NCBI GenBank assembly: GCA_963801355.1
Contig: CAWDEM010000008.1
Span: 800,001 to 864,000 of the forward strand
Length of the DNA stretch: 64,000 nucleotides
Direction of reading: 5' to 3'
Origin: Ignavibacteriota bacterium
Lineage (GTDB): Bacteria; Bacteroidota; Ignavibacteria; UBA10030; UBA6906
The position numbers were made by a program, and so were the translations under genes. The notes beneath the pieces are model-generated. The model worked only from the letters and a program-made list of their open reading frames with translations, was not told the origin of the DNA and did not search any database. Shown one piece after another: positions 15,492 to 26,265 of this stretch (the first letter of the stretch is position 1; the number at the start of each line of letters is the position of its first letter).

Positions 15492-18236
15492 TCAGGACTC
15501 CGGTGGTGAGTAGTCTTCAACGACTTCCACCCACTCGCCGCCCACGAGTAGGAACTCCTGAGCGTCCTCGACCCGTACTGCATGCTGGCCGTCCGCTGAG
15601 TATTCAAAATCCTCAGCCTGCGAATTTGCTTCATTTTCGCCATTTTGGGATTCTGGGGGTAAATGGGGGTCCTCCGCCAAAGGTTTTACTACTGCGCGTA
15701 CGTGTGAAGAGCTATGTTTATTGACCCCCCTTGACCCACCTGCCGTTTTTGGCACATTTTCGCCATTTTTTGGATTTTGGGGTGAACTGGGGTCAACTGC
15801 GGTAATTTTTTCTAACACACGCGTATGGGAAAAATCCTGTAAATTGACCCCAGTTGACCCCAACTTCGTTTTTTGTTCATTTTTGAGCCTTAGCCCTATC
15901 CACAACCTTCGTTTTTGTCCAGTGCTCTCCACCTCCGTCCGAAGTCCGCGGGCCGCCAGCGCGTCCGCGAGGCGCCGGAGCTTCATCGGGAGCAGCGCCT
16001 GCGAGGTACACCACTCGACGTACTGCGCCTCGACTACCGAATGGGTGAGGTGCTCCACTTCCGGCACTCCGACGACGACAAACCTATCATCTATGAACCT
16101 TGCCACTGTATCGGAGTCCACCCTGTACGCCTGCACGGCGTCCACGACTGCTTGTGGCTCGACGAGTCCATTCGTCCTGTAGTCTACAAGTCCGCGTATC
16201 ATCCAGTTCAGTATTCCACTACCCTCGGCGAGGAATTCCTGCACAACCTCCTCCAGCGGGCGCCGAGCACCTTCCGGAAACTGATAATTGAACGGCACTT
16301 CCTTAACCCTGCGCCAGATACCACCTCCAGCACTATCGGCCACTCTCGGTTTTGTGTTTCCAAACATCCAGAAAATTGCACGGCTATCAAACTCAAAAAA
16401 GTTTCCGTGCAAGTTGCGGGCACGAATAGGCTCCCCACCCGTTAACACGTTAATAAGCGGGACGTTCAGGTACTGCTTGTCCGACACTTCCGAGACGGGT
16501 ACGAACAGAATATCCTTCAACGCGGCCAATGCTGGGGTTGCGGCGTTTCCGTCCGGCGCCCTATCGGCGGAGGCCAGTAGATTCATCGGAGCGCTCATGG
16601 CGTACGATCCATAGATTCGTAGCAGTACAGTTGTGAACGTAGTCTTTCCATTCGCTCCCGTAGGCCCGTAGAGGAAGGGTTGTATCTGCGCATCATTCCG
16701 TCCGGTGAGCATCAAGCCTGCCATCTGCTGGAGAAGGCGAACGCAGCCTCGGTCGTGCTGCACAATCAAGTCCAAGAAGGCCTCCCACTTCGGGCACTCG
16801 GCCAGTGGGTCGAGTTCGACGTCCATCTGCTTGGTATGCATGTATCGTGGTTCGTGCATGAGTAACTCCAGCGTGCGAGTATCAAGTACGCCGTTCCGAA
16901 GGTTCACAAAACGGGCGTCCGGGTTGTAGTCCTTGTTCAGTGTTATAATTGATGATTCATTTTTTCCAGCCATAGCCAGTACGGACTCCACGAGGCCATG
17001 ATTTTGATACTTGTTAAACCCACGTAGGAACACTGCTCGGTCATCCTTGTCCGGTATACTGGCCAAGTACACCACTTGATGCTCTATCGTATCCAACGCC
17101 TGCTGGAAGCTCTCCCGACGTCCATCCTCCACCCACAATCCATTTACGTAGATCATCCACACCTTGTCGTCCGCGTTCCACCGTACGTGCTCTCCATACA
17201 AGCCCACAAAACGGTGTGCGAGTTCGTTGTCGTTCCAGTAGGGCGCCCTGTCCGCGGGGTTCACTTCTCCATATCGGTGAAGTATTCCTCGTACTGTACG
17301 TTCAACTTCCTTATCCTCCATGGGTGGTGAGCAGTGGGCGGAGTTCCAATACAATCCAGCAGCCACAATAGCCTCATCCGATTTACCAGTCAATCCACGT
17401 TGACGGAGTTCAAGTCCGACGAGTGAAGTGAGGACTGCATTCCGACGGCCCTCCGGTACAAGTCCTTCATACGCCTGCTGGTAGTTCCGAACTACTCTCG
17501 GTACCACCGACCCCTCGGCGTTTACTGCCGATCCACTTAACTGCTGACCCTGCCTAGTTGAGGGCGAGTAGTCCATGGATTTAAGTGGTGTGGTGAACTT
17601 ATGGAACGCATCGACCACCGTTTCGACTTGCACAACCGCCGGTGGTTCGCTTGGCACGCGTTGATACATATCTTGCTGGGGGCACAATACCGTGTAGTGG
17701 TTTCTCCACCGAAGTTCCATATGCTTAAAGCTCGTGGCGTACTTGTCGTTCGCGTCGTTGTCCCATTTTTGTTCTCCATTCGGTAGTTCCCGTGTGCACC
17801 TGAACCACACGTGCCAGCCGAGGAAGGACAACGAGCGCTCTACCCACGGATAGTCCACGGGAAGTCCGAGGGCAGCCAGCAGTTCGTCCACTACATTCGT
17901 AGGAACTTCCGTCGGTGGTTCTTTTATGGCATCAACATCGATACACCTCCACGACTGGACGCCACTTACGACTGCGACGCTTATATCGGCCTGCGACCAC
18001 GGCATGCGCTCCACGTCCTCCACGGACTGGAGTTCAACTTCCCATTTTTTCCATTCCTCGACTACTGGTTTTTTGTTATCCACTTCACAACGGCAGGGTA
18101 ATACGTTTGCACCATGGACGTGCAGCTTGTGTGCTGTTTGTCGCGTGGTTGTAACTGGATGCACAAACTGATTTGGATTGACAAATTGTGGCAGGCTGCC
18201 ACTGGCGGGTAAAGCAACAACGGAATTGATAGACAT
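15492..18236 (-). CDS. Phage/plasmid primase, P4 family (Prim-Pol + PriCT + D5 SF3 helicase)
   Basis: 'CIDVD' and 'GWHVWF' prim-pol motifs, 'EGRRNAVL' PriCT, 'NLRNGVLD' D5_N, Walker A 'GPTGANGKTT', 'IWRRV...PF'. Confidence 0.92.
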   Translation of the reverse strand: MSINSVVALPASGSLPQFVNPNQFVHPVTTTRQTAHKLHVHGANVLPCRCEVDNKKPVVEEWKKWEVELQSVEDVERMPWSQADISVAVVSGVQSWRCIDVDAIKEPPTEVPTNVVDELLAALGLPVDYPWVERSLSFLGWHVWFRCTRELPNGEQKWDNDANDKYATSFKHMELRWRNHYTVLCPQQDMYQRVPSEPPAVVQVETVVDAFHKFTTPLKSMDYSPSTRQGQQLSGSAVNAEGSVVPRVVRNYQQAYEGLVPEGRRNAVLTSLVGLELRQRGLTGKSDEAIVAAGLYWNSAHCSPPMEDKEVERTVRGILHRYGEVNPADRAPYWNDNELAHRFVGLYGEHVRWNADDKVWMIYVNGLWVEDGRRESFQQALDTIEHQVVYLASIPDKDDRAVFLRGFNKYQNHGLVESVLAMAGKNESSIITLNKDYNPDARFVNLRNGVLDTRTLELLMHEPRYMHTKQMDVELDPLAECPKWEAFLDLIVQHDRGCVRLLQQMAGLMLTGRNDAQIQPFLYGPTGANGKTTFTTVLLRIYGSYAMSAPMNLLASADRAPDGNAATPALAALKDILFVPVSEVSDKQYLNVPLINVLTGGEPIRARNLHGNFFEFDSRAIFWMFGNTKPRVADSAGGGIWRRVKEVPFNYQFPEGARRPLEEVVQEFLAEGSGILNWMIRGLVDYRTNGLVEPQAVVDAVQAYRVDSDTVARFIDDRFVVVGVPEVEHLTHSVVEAQYVEWCTSQALLPMKLRRLADALAARGLRTEVESTGQKRRLWIGLRLKNEQKTKLGSTGVNLQDFSHTRVLEKITAVDPSSPQNPKNGENVPKTAGGSRGVNKHSSSHVRAVVKPLAEDPHLPPESQNGENEANSQAEDFEYSADGQHAVRVEDAQEFLLVGGEWVEVVEDYSPPES
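15632..15861. repeat. Two ~123-bp imperfect units with converging GGGGTCAA/TTGACCCC iterons, candidate replication origin
   Basis: CATTTTCGCCATTTT at 15632 and 15755; paired iterons flank AT-rich cores. Confidence 0.55.
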
Positions 18237-18853
18237 AAAATCTCCCGAATATGTTGTTCTCGATTCCCTCCGGGGGCTGCACTATTCGGGTAATGCAACA
18301 GCCCGGAGGTGCACGAGAAGTTGTGTGAGAAAACTGTGGTGGTAGTTTGCAGCGATGGACTTCGCCGGTCGTGCGGCTACAGGGTCGGTGCCCAATTCTG
18401 AATCTTGTGTCGTGGTGCATGCTGCACCATTCTACACCCGATATGTAGCATTGAACTGAAAGTCTCCGCGCTACCCGCGCCAGTTCATGGTGAAAGCCGA
18501 GGCTTGCAAGGCAACGGCATGAGCGATGAATTATGGACCATCTGAGAGGACCAGCAGTTGCCCCTCGTTGTCGGGAGGCGGCCCTGCCAGTCGGTCTCAT
18601 ACTATAAATAGCAGATGACCGAAGGATTTTATATAGGGCCAACGCAGTTTTTCCCCCGCAGGGTGCATCCCTTGGAGGCCGACGACTTTTCCGCCGAATC
18701 GATTGTCCTGTTCGTATCTTTCTTCGTTGTTGATTGCTGCCATTTTAGCGTTTCCACTCGTGGGCGGCGTTTGCCCCTTTCACTCGATCTATTGCGGGCC
18801 TCGAATGAGATGATCTAATGCCCAGCCTGCATATGACTTTACTCCTCCCTTTT

Positions 18854-19378
18854 TCACGAAGCACTTTTCAAACCATCCCTTCTTGGATATTCACGCGCGT
18901 TGCCTGACCCGACGGAGCGTGCAATCGGGGGTGAAATCGACAATTCCTTTTGAACTAGGGATTCACTTGCATCTGCTTCCGCAATCGCGAAGATTCGCAG
19001 TGCGATCTTATCCAGCACGCCCGCGATATACTCAAGCTCTTGCGGCATATTCCACAAATGCTCTTTGATCGAGCTACTGATGCCATAGACTTGCTGGCCA
19101 ATGATCTCAATTGCGACGCTGTTGCCGTTGTCGTAATTGGGGTCTCTAATCGTTCTCTTGGACAATTGGCTTTCCGTGCCTCCGTTTTTGGCAGCTTCAC
19201 AGTATTCATCCCGCAGGTCTCCCTCTCCGAATTCGCTGCAATGGCAATAGAATTCGATGATTTCGTTGTCAGCCAATTTGCTCATAACACTCTTGGGCAC
19301 GAAATCTAGAGCATTCAGGCGTAATCTTAGCTTTGTTGCCAAGATCGACCGTTCCTCGGATGTCATTGGGTTTGACAA
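18854..19378 (-). CDS. Hypothetical protein
   Basis: GAGGAGG RBS; co-oriented in the element's replication-side cluster. Confidence 0.6.
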   Translation of the reverse strand: MSNPMTSEERSILATKLRLRLNALDFVPKSVMSKLADNEIIEFYCHCSEFGEGDLRDEYCEAAKNGGTESQLSKRTIRDPNYDNGNSVAIEIIGQQVYGISSSIKEHLWNMPQELEYIAGVLDKIALRIFAIAEADASESLVQKELSISPPIARSVGSGNAREYPRRDGLKSAS

Positions 19379-19534
19379 ATGTTCCTCCTCTTTTGATTTT
19401 GCAACTATTTGCCGGCTGGTTGCGGCTCCGTCTTGCTTGGTTTGTCGTTGATTGATATTGTCGCTTACTACGTTGCCAGTGAGTGCATTGTCGCATGAAA
19501 GCTTCTTTGTTGGGTACGCGTCGTCCCCATCCGA

Positions 19535-19876
19535 TCATGGATGGTAGAATTCTGCAAGCTGCTTTGCCCACGCTGCGACATCGACAACACATGTTTCGGC
19601 GAATGAATCACCGCGATTGGCACGCAATTGTTTCGTGCGCTCCGCATCCCGTCGCACCGCCTCCACATAGAAGTTCCACATCTCATCTGAGAGGTCAGGG
19701 AACGGGTTTGGGATTCTCGTCTGTTCGTCGACAATGGTGTATAGGGCGCGTTCGTGTTTCTGCGTTTCTCCAATTGACTTCATAGTGTTCCTTTGGGTTA
19801 TGGTTGATCTATCAAATGTCGTTCGTAGTGTGTTGGTATTGTGTGAACGGCAGAGCAGCCCTTCCGTTCCCGCCAT
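19535..19876 (-). CDS. Hypothetical protein (start probably at MKSIGE)
   Basis: AAGGAA RBS before the internal Met. Confidence 0.5.
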   Translation of the reverse strand: MAGTEGLLCRSHNTNTLRTTFDRSTITQRNTMKSIGETQKHERALYTIVDEQTRIPNPFPDLSDEMWNFYVEAVRRDAERTKQLRANRGDSFAETCVVDVAAWAKQLAEFYHP

Positions 19877-20033
19877 TACCGTGACAATTGTCGTTCGGAG
19901 TTGCCATCATCTTGACCTTTGTCATTGTGATCCCCCTATAGGTTATGAATCCCGACGGACACTCAGCGGAGTACAAGGAGGACCCGCCCGGATGCCCTTG
20001 AGATTCGGATTATGTTTGCTCTTAGCCAGCCGC

Positions 20034-20642
20034 CTACTTTTTCTTGAACACCATCCACGTACACGCATTCTGCCTCGGATGCGTCGCGGTCTTCCATTTT
20101 GTATCGATGATCACCGACCGCCGCGGAAGGATGTGCATGCCCTGCAATTCAAATCCAAACTCCACGGCAGCCGTATAGAATTCCGAGGTTGCAAAATGAA
20201 ACTTCGCCCTGTGCGTGTAATCAATGAGTTTGACGAGCAGTAACCCTCCGGGGAGTAAGACCCTCCGTGCTTGCTCCAAAAACGGCCGGTAGGTATGATA
20301 CAGGTTATCGCCTCCGACCCCTGTTCCATACTTTGCCGCGAACTCGGTCTTTGACTTTCCTTGTTCCGTGCTGTGGGGTGGATCGAAGACAAGGATGTCC
20401 CACACTTCGGGATCGTATGGAATGTCCATGAAGTCCCCAACCACATCGGGGTGCACACTAGGATCGATATCCATGCCGGTGTGGGTATACCGTGATTTAC
20501 CACGGCCCCAAATGCGACCAACGTTTACGGTCACGTCCAGAATAAATGGATCATCCTTTGGACAATAAAAGGCGATCATCTCGTCCAGAAATTCCCAAGG
20601 GGTTCGTCCGAACTCCTGCACAGCAAACAATGGTTTATACAT
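20034..20642 (-). CDS. Orphan amino-(N6A/N4C) DNA methyltransferase-like protein
   Basis: SAM motif 'LDVTVNVGRIW...GMDID', catalytic 'FDPPH', 'RVLLPGG'; GGGGGA RBS before 20642. Confidence 0.75.
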   Translation of the reverse strand: MYKPLFAVQEFGRTPWEFLDEMIAFYCPKDDPFILDVTVNVGRIWGRGKSRYTHTGMDIDPSVHPDVVGDFMDIPYDPEVWDILVFDPPHSTEQGKSKTEFAAKYGTGVGGDNLYHTYRPFLEQARRVLLPGGLLLVKLIDYTHRAKFHFATSEFYTAAVEFGFELQGMHILPRRSVIIDTKWKTATHPRQNACTWMVFKKK

Positions 20643-20917
20643 CTGTCCCCCCAATAAATTAATGGTGCCTGTAGAGCATGAGAGCCAGCCCATCCCGTCC
20701 GTATCCCAAGCGCGAGATCGGACGGAGCTCATGTGGTTGGCGCCACTGGTGGTCTGTCAGTGGTTAATACTGTTTGGAGTTCTACTGTCTGAGACGGGGC
20801 CAGTCACTGACTCGGTTGTGACCAGTTCGATTGCGGCGGGGTCTCTGCTCTTCTTCTACGCTGACAATCTAAAGCGATCATCGTCGCTCAACGCTCATCC
20901 GACAAATCAGATATTAT

Positions 20918-21328
20918 CTATTCAAGATAATTCAACTTCGCTGTTTCATCCGGAGTCAAGTCCGGTGGCAGTGCTTCCAGCATTGCCGTCAACCGTGCGT
21001 CTTCTGCTGCACGTGCACGCTCCTCTTCCGTGCTTCCAGTGTTGCCGCACTTGACCATCCGCTGGCGTTCGACCGGCATCTTCGCGATTTCGACGTCCGC
21101 CTCGCAGTGTCCGACATCACCAGCGATCTCCAACAGTTTGTCCTCTTCAATCTGGCGCTCAATATCAGCATCGGTCATTTCCCTGTAGGAATCATCGTCT
21201 CTTGCCGATCCTGCGAGGTAGCGTGGATCGTGGTAGATAGGGTCGTCATCGTGTGACTGTCTCGTTCTTACAATTGCCATGGTGTGCCTCCTGCTTATTC
21301 GTAACAGTTGGTCATAAAATTGAACCAA
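20918..21328 (-). CDS. Hypothetical protein (start probably at MAIVRT)
   Basis: GGAGG RBS before the internal Met. Confidence 0.55.
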   Translation of the reverse strand: MVQFYDQLLRISRRHTMAIVRTRQSHDDDPIYHDPRYLAGSARDDDSYREMTDADIERQIEEDKLLEIAGDVGHCEADVEIAKMPVERQRMVKCGNTGSTEEERARAAEDARLTAMLEALPPDLTPDETAKLNYLE

Positions 21329-21561
21329 AACCGAGCACCATCAGGCATGACATACTCATAGGTATACAAGTCCTGAATGCGACCTGTGCGTCGAGCACGA
21401 ACACCACGATGTGCGAGTATTGGGTATGGACTATAAATGTATTGGCGTTTCATTTTTTGTACCTCTTTCATTTGTGCGACTCTAAGTTCCTGCGTTAATT
21501 CAATCTTTGAAACCGAAACCCTAGCCGGTATTGCCATCGGTGCGGCAAGAACGTCGGACAC
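21295..21561 (-). CDS. Hypothetical protein
   Basis: Co-oriented ORF between neighbours. Confidence 0.45.
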   Translation of the reverse strand: MSDVLAAPMAIPARVSVSKIELTQELRVAQMKEVQKMKRQYIYSPYPILAHRGVRARRTGRIQDLYTYEYVMPDGARFWFNFMTNCYE

Positions 21562-21592
21562 TTCCGCCGACGAGGGTCGAGCGCTCTACCGC

Positions 21593-22210
21593 TTACGCCT
21601 TGATGAACGGACGGAGACTCTTCATGGCCGTCATCGTCTCATGTTCTTTCTGAAGGCGACGAAGCGCGTGCACAATGTGGTTCTCGGCGTTCTCTCCATT
21701 TGCCACCATGCCGATGTAGTGCGACTCCTCGTCGTCGTTCACATATTGCCCCACGACCTTGTCAATTGCATCCTCCAACGTCATCGCGACCTCCGCGTGG
21801 CCAGCAGGCAACGCAGGGAGTTCTAACCGTTCGCGAATTTCCTGTTCGGTCTGACCGATCATAGAGCCAGCCAGATCGCCCTTGCGACGATTAGCGTCCC
21901 AATCTATTGTATCGCCCTCGCCGAGCACGCGGGCGTCTCGCACTTCTCCCGCACCGAGCACACGACCGTCGGCGTCTCGGTGACAGTGGTATGCCTCATC
22001 GTCAGAGAGGCGGACAACGAACTCGAAGTCGCGGAGCAGTCCCGCGAGAATACCAACCTCGGTCTCTGTCTTGTCCAGCAGTTCACCGAACTCCGCGCTC
22101 ACGTCCTGTCCATCGACAGTCACGCTGGTTACTAGACCACTGCCGTCCGTTTGGCAGACGACCACACGCCCATCCTCCCACTGGAGGACAAAACTTTTTA
22201 GTGCTTGCAT
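21593..22210 (-). CDS. Hypothetical protein
   Basis: AAGGGAG RBS; acidic globular sequence. Confidence 0.65.
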   Translation of the reverse strand: MQALKSFVLQWEDGRVVVCQTDGSGLVTSVTVDGQDVSAEFGELLDKTETEVGILAGLLRDFEFVVRLSDDEAYHCHRDADGRVLGAGEVRDARVLGEGDTIDWDANRRKGDLAGSMIGQTEQEIRERLELPALPAGHAEVAMTLEDAIDKVVGQYVNDDEESHYIGMVANGENAENHIVHALRRLQKEHETMTAMKSLRPFIKA

Positions 22211-22600
22211 GATGTTGCTCCCTTATATTGTACCGCTCTCGCGGAGTCAGCCGCGTCTGTCTGCCGATCAGCGGGTCGGCGCCGTTACATCATTTTGTCT
22301 GTTTTGGGCAAATCGTCCGCCGCGTCGTAAATCTGGAACGATCCATAACAACCCCTTTCGGTTTATGCTACATGTGGACTTATTTGCTGTCTGCTTCACC
22401 ATTTCGCATCCGGTCTTCATTAGCTCAGCACAAAAAACAAAAACCGTTGAAGCACCCAGTATCTGAGACCTGAGTTGCTCACAACGGCTATGCTACCGTG
22501 TTTGACTCTGGCCACGGTAGTAAGATACACACGATCCACGTGGAGCAAGACAGTTGTCCACGTGGGAAAATGAATCTACAAATCTATTACCATATCCGAC

Positions 22601-23635
22601 TCAGCGCAAACGAATTTTGCGGCGGCGATACCTTCCTTCGATTGCTTTTGCACTGAGTTTGTATTTGAGAAACGATTTTGATCTCTTGGCAAGGTCGCCA
22701 TATGCTTTCTCCAGTGTCAATCCCTCTCTAATGAGTCCATCTATTTCTTCCTGAATTGTGGAATTTAGAACGTCACGCTCATACTTCCCAAGCCTTAGCT
22801 GACCGGTCACCTCATGGGTCTGTTCGGGATCGCCTCTCTCTTTAGCTGCAAAATCATGAGTGTTCATTTTATGCAGTTTCGAAGCCCAAAAATCGTTGAC
22901 GTAGGCTCTTTGTTTGCTCGGTGGGTAGTTCAGGATACGTCGAAGAGCGCGTTGGACGGCAAGTCTGACCTTCGTTCGAGATGCCTTCATTTTGGGCATC
23001 AGGTACAAATAATCGCCGTGGCAGACATCGTCAAAGACATCTTGCAAGTCACTTGGCAAGAGGTTTCGGAAGGCCTCCTGCAATCGACTGTCAATGTGAT
23101 TCACATGTTCAGCCAAGGCCTGATCCACATTCTTGGATTCAAAAGCCTTCCATTTTCCAGCCGCCTTCATTTCCTCTATCTTCTTCACCAACGTCGAGGA
23201 GTCTACATGGTCATTGGTGAGATCAATATCGAAGCGGCGTTTGAAGGCCAATCGCAGAACACTCCGCCGGACGCTCTCGTCAGTCTCATCGATACACGCG
23301 AGTTCGTTGGCGAGTGCGCTAATCCTCTTCTCAAACGGCAGAGAAAGTTCAGGTGGCGAGGCCTTCATTTTCACTTTCATTCTTGCATGCCTTCCTTTAT
23401 CATACCGATTCCTGTCGACAACTGGTTTCCGTGGTACCTGCACAGAATCAACAATCCTTCGAGAAAGGACAGGAATTTCGGCAAAAAGAGCAATGGAAGG
23501 ATGCCCCTTCAATCTGCCCAGTCTTACCCAAAAGACGATATCTAATGCGTATGGAGCGTTGAGGACTTCGCGCAGTGGGCATCTGCGGAGGGGGGGGTCG
23601 CCCATCGCAAACACAGGCTCCCCCAATCGCTCCAC
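22601..23635 (-). CDS. Hypothetical basic helical protein, possibly DNA-binding; start uncertain
   Basis: Long ORF with Lys/Arg-rich C-terminal helices. Confidence 0.55.
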   Translation of the reverse strand: MERLGEPVFAMGDPPLRRCPLREVLNAPYALDIVFWVRLGRLKGHPSIALFAEIPVLSRRIVDSVQVPRKPVVDRNRYDKGRHARMKVKMKASPPELSLPFEKRISALANELACIDETDESVRRSVLRLAFKRRFDIDLTNDHVDSSTLVKKIEEMKAAGKWKAFESKNVDQALAEHVNHIDSRLQEAFRNLLPSDLQDVFDDVCHGDYLYLMPKMKASRTKVRLAVQRALRRILNYPPSKQRAYVNDFWASKLHKMNTHDFAAKERGDPEQTHEVTGQLRLGKYERDVLNSTIQEEIDGLIREGLTLEKAYGDLAKRSKSFLKYKLSAKAIEGRYRRRKIRLR

Positions 23636-24273
23636 GGGCGTCTACAGCGCACGATAGACGGCACCCCGCCATCGCGAAGTACCTCCGGCAAGACGGCGGG
23701 CGGATGATTAAGACATCTTGAAGTAGACACCTGTGGCGGGCCGAAAATACAGAAGGCGGCGATTTCAAATCGTGTCAGTTTTGCAGCGGTCTATGGGTAG
23801 TGGAGCCGTCCATATTGCTCAATTCAGGCAGTCATGGCACTTCTGTGGAACTGAACCGCTCACGGACACTTCGTCGCAAGTGCTGGTGACAGCTTTTCCG
23901 AGCGCTTTGCTGACCGCTTGGGGGCAGCTTCTTCCCGACGGAAAAAGCTGTCAAAAAGCTGTTACTTTACGCGCTTTGTGAGGCGAGTGCGAAGAGTGCA
24001 TTTTTGCGCTATTTGACGGTTCAGCGGGAACTGTCACGCACACCCATAGCACGGCACCCCCAACCCTCCTGTCGCGCCCCGTGGGTAAGAACACGCAGCA
24101 CAAACATTTCCGACCACATGGGCAAACAAGCACACCAATTGTGCGTGCAATTGCCCAAAATCCGCTCGAAATCAAGCCTTGTGATTTGGCTCGACAATTG
24201 CGCGTACTACCCTCGGATGGTTCCGTTCTTTCTGCTATTTCAATACTCTTTGCACGGTAATAGGGGGAATTCC

Positions 24274-25606
24274 ATGACGAGAAGAATGATTTGTGCCGCC
24301 ACGTACTCTCTGTATTTGGTCATGCTGTCTGGTTGCACCAAATCAGACGATCCTGTATCCACCGCAGACACCGCTGCGCCCGTAGTATCGATCCTCTACC
24401 CAATGAACAATGCGATGATACCTGACACAGTCATCGTCCAAGTGAATGCCACCGACAATGTGGGGGTGAGCAAAGTAGAATTCTACATAGATGGCTCCCT
24501 GCAAAGTACACGTGCCACTGCACCTTGGGAGTATAAATGGCTCACTAATGGGCTGGCACCTAACAGTAGCCACATATTTCTTGCGAAAGGCTATGATGCT
24601 GCGAACAACGTAGGTTCCTCACCAACGATAACCGTCACCAAATCCCCTGACACGATTCCACCAAGCATTTCCATCACTACGCCAGCGAACAACTCCATAG
24701 TAATAGATTCGGTGCTGATCCAAGTGAATGCCACCGACAACGTGGGAGTCCAGAAAGTGGGGTTCTTATGTTGATGGGATTCTTTCATCAACCCGGTGGA
24801 GTGCACCTTGGACATTCATGTGGGTTGTTACGGGTCTTCCGATCAACAGTAGCCATTCAATCCAAGCCAAGGCGTACGATGCTTCAACTAATGTGGGGAC
24901 ATCCCAATCCATAAACGTTACAGCCCGACCGAGAACCTCTGAATATTCAGTGGATGCGAACACCGTAGGTTTATGGCATTTGAATGAGACCAGTGGCAAC
25001 ACTGCACTTGACGTGACTGGCAACAACAATGGATGGATTTCTGGGACGACTACGGTGACGGGTCATTTTGGAAATGCTCGGAATTTCGATGGTGTCAGCC
25101 ACAATATCCGAATCAGCTTCTTGCCCGCCTACAGAGTCCAGAACTTCACGGTAGAGGCTTGGGTAATGAATACTTGTTCAAACATCTCAGCGTGTGGGGG
25201 GGACATACCGTGTATCTTTGGAATGACTGACGGCGGTTCACTCAGCGACGGCGGTGGAGCCTTGGTGATTTATTCAGACCTACAATTCGGTTTCGGTGCC
25301 CGTGGCACTACGAGCAACATGGTAATCAAGTCAACATCAATCGCAGCCGCGGGTCAGTGGTTTCACGTTGCAGGAGTAAGGACGAGCGATGGTACGAACA
25401 CGATGCTCAAACTTTATGTCAATGGAGTCTTAGAAGCATCACAGACATTTCAGAACAACTTAGCCCAGTTCACAAACACATCATACATCTACTTTGGTGA
25501 CCAAGGTGATAGACTCGGTGTGGGTTATCGCCGTTGGTTTGGCTCAATTGATGAAGTTCGATTCTCCAACAAGGAGCGGACACCGAACGAATTCAATATC
25601 CCATAA
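24274..25606 (+). pseudogene. Lipoprotein with two bacterial Ig-like domains and a LamG domain, split by a +1 frameshift at ~24766
   Basis: Lipobox LSGC; repeat 1 reads 'KVEFYIDG', repeat 2 reads AAA GTG GGG TTC [T] TAT GTT GAT GGG; LamG motifs 'FTVEAWV', 'WFHVAG', 'LYVNG', 'GSIDEVRF'. Confidence 0.8.
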
Positions 25607-25763
25607 TTAGAGGCGTTGTTCTGCCTCTCTGAAGGACCTGTCCCTGTCGACTGGAGGCGTGCGGGGGCAGGATCGGTGACGGGAGGTCGAAACTTGGGCA
25701 GTGCAACACTGATATGCTTGACAGCAGTCTGTATGTCCGAGGTTTTGCAGGAGAATCCTATCA

Positions 25764-26183
25764 TCATTTTCTCTCGGCTCGTTCATCGAGCAATAGGACA
25801 TCAATCCCCTTGGCAATAACTTCATGTAGGAGCTTGATTCGTGCACCAATCTTATCTCGACTCGCAGTCTTTGTTTCCTCGGATAGCCCCCTAAGTCTCA
25901 CCAGCCGAGAAAACTTATCGATATCATCAGGAAGGAAGATCGGGTTGTGAAGCAGTTCTTCATGGCACTCGTAACAGAAGACATCTGATTTGCCTTCCAC
26001 ATTCCACGGACATACGTCGAATATTGGGTCGCGCTGTGTACCCGGTCGATTGCCAGAACGACCAAAGAATCGCTCAGGGACATAATGATGCTCCGTTGCA
26101 TGGGAACGACCTCTAACTGTTGGGGTTGCATAGTTGCCCGTGCGGTGCACAGTGCATCCGCAGATCGAACAAGATTCAGGCAT
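25764..26183 (-). CDS. HNH-like zinc-binding protein downstream of Res
   Basis: CxxC...HH(Y)VP...CxxCH pattern; GGAGAAGAG RBS before 26183. Confidence 0.6.
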   Translation of the reverse strand: MPESCSICGCTVHRTGNYATPTVRGRSHATEHHYVPERFFGRSGNRPGTQRDPIFDVCPWNVEGKSDVFCYECHEELLHNPIFLPDDIDKFSRLVRLRGLSEETKTASRDKIGARIKLLHEVIAKGIDVLLLDERAERK

Positions 26184-26265
26184 ATAGAACTCTTCTCCAT
26201 TGGGCCGTCCGACCTTTATCGGTATGCCCCAGTCCCTCGGTGCTGTCGTTTGTCCGCATGCAGCA

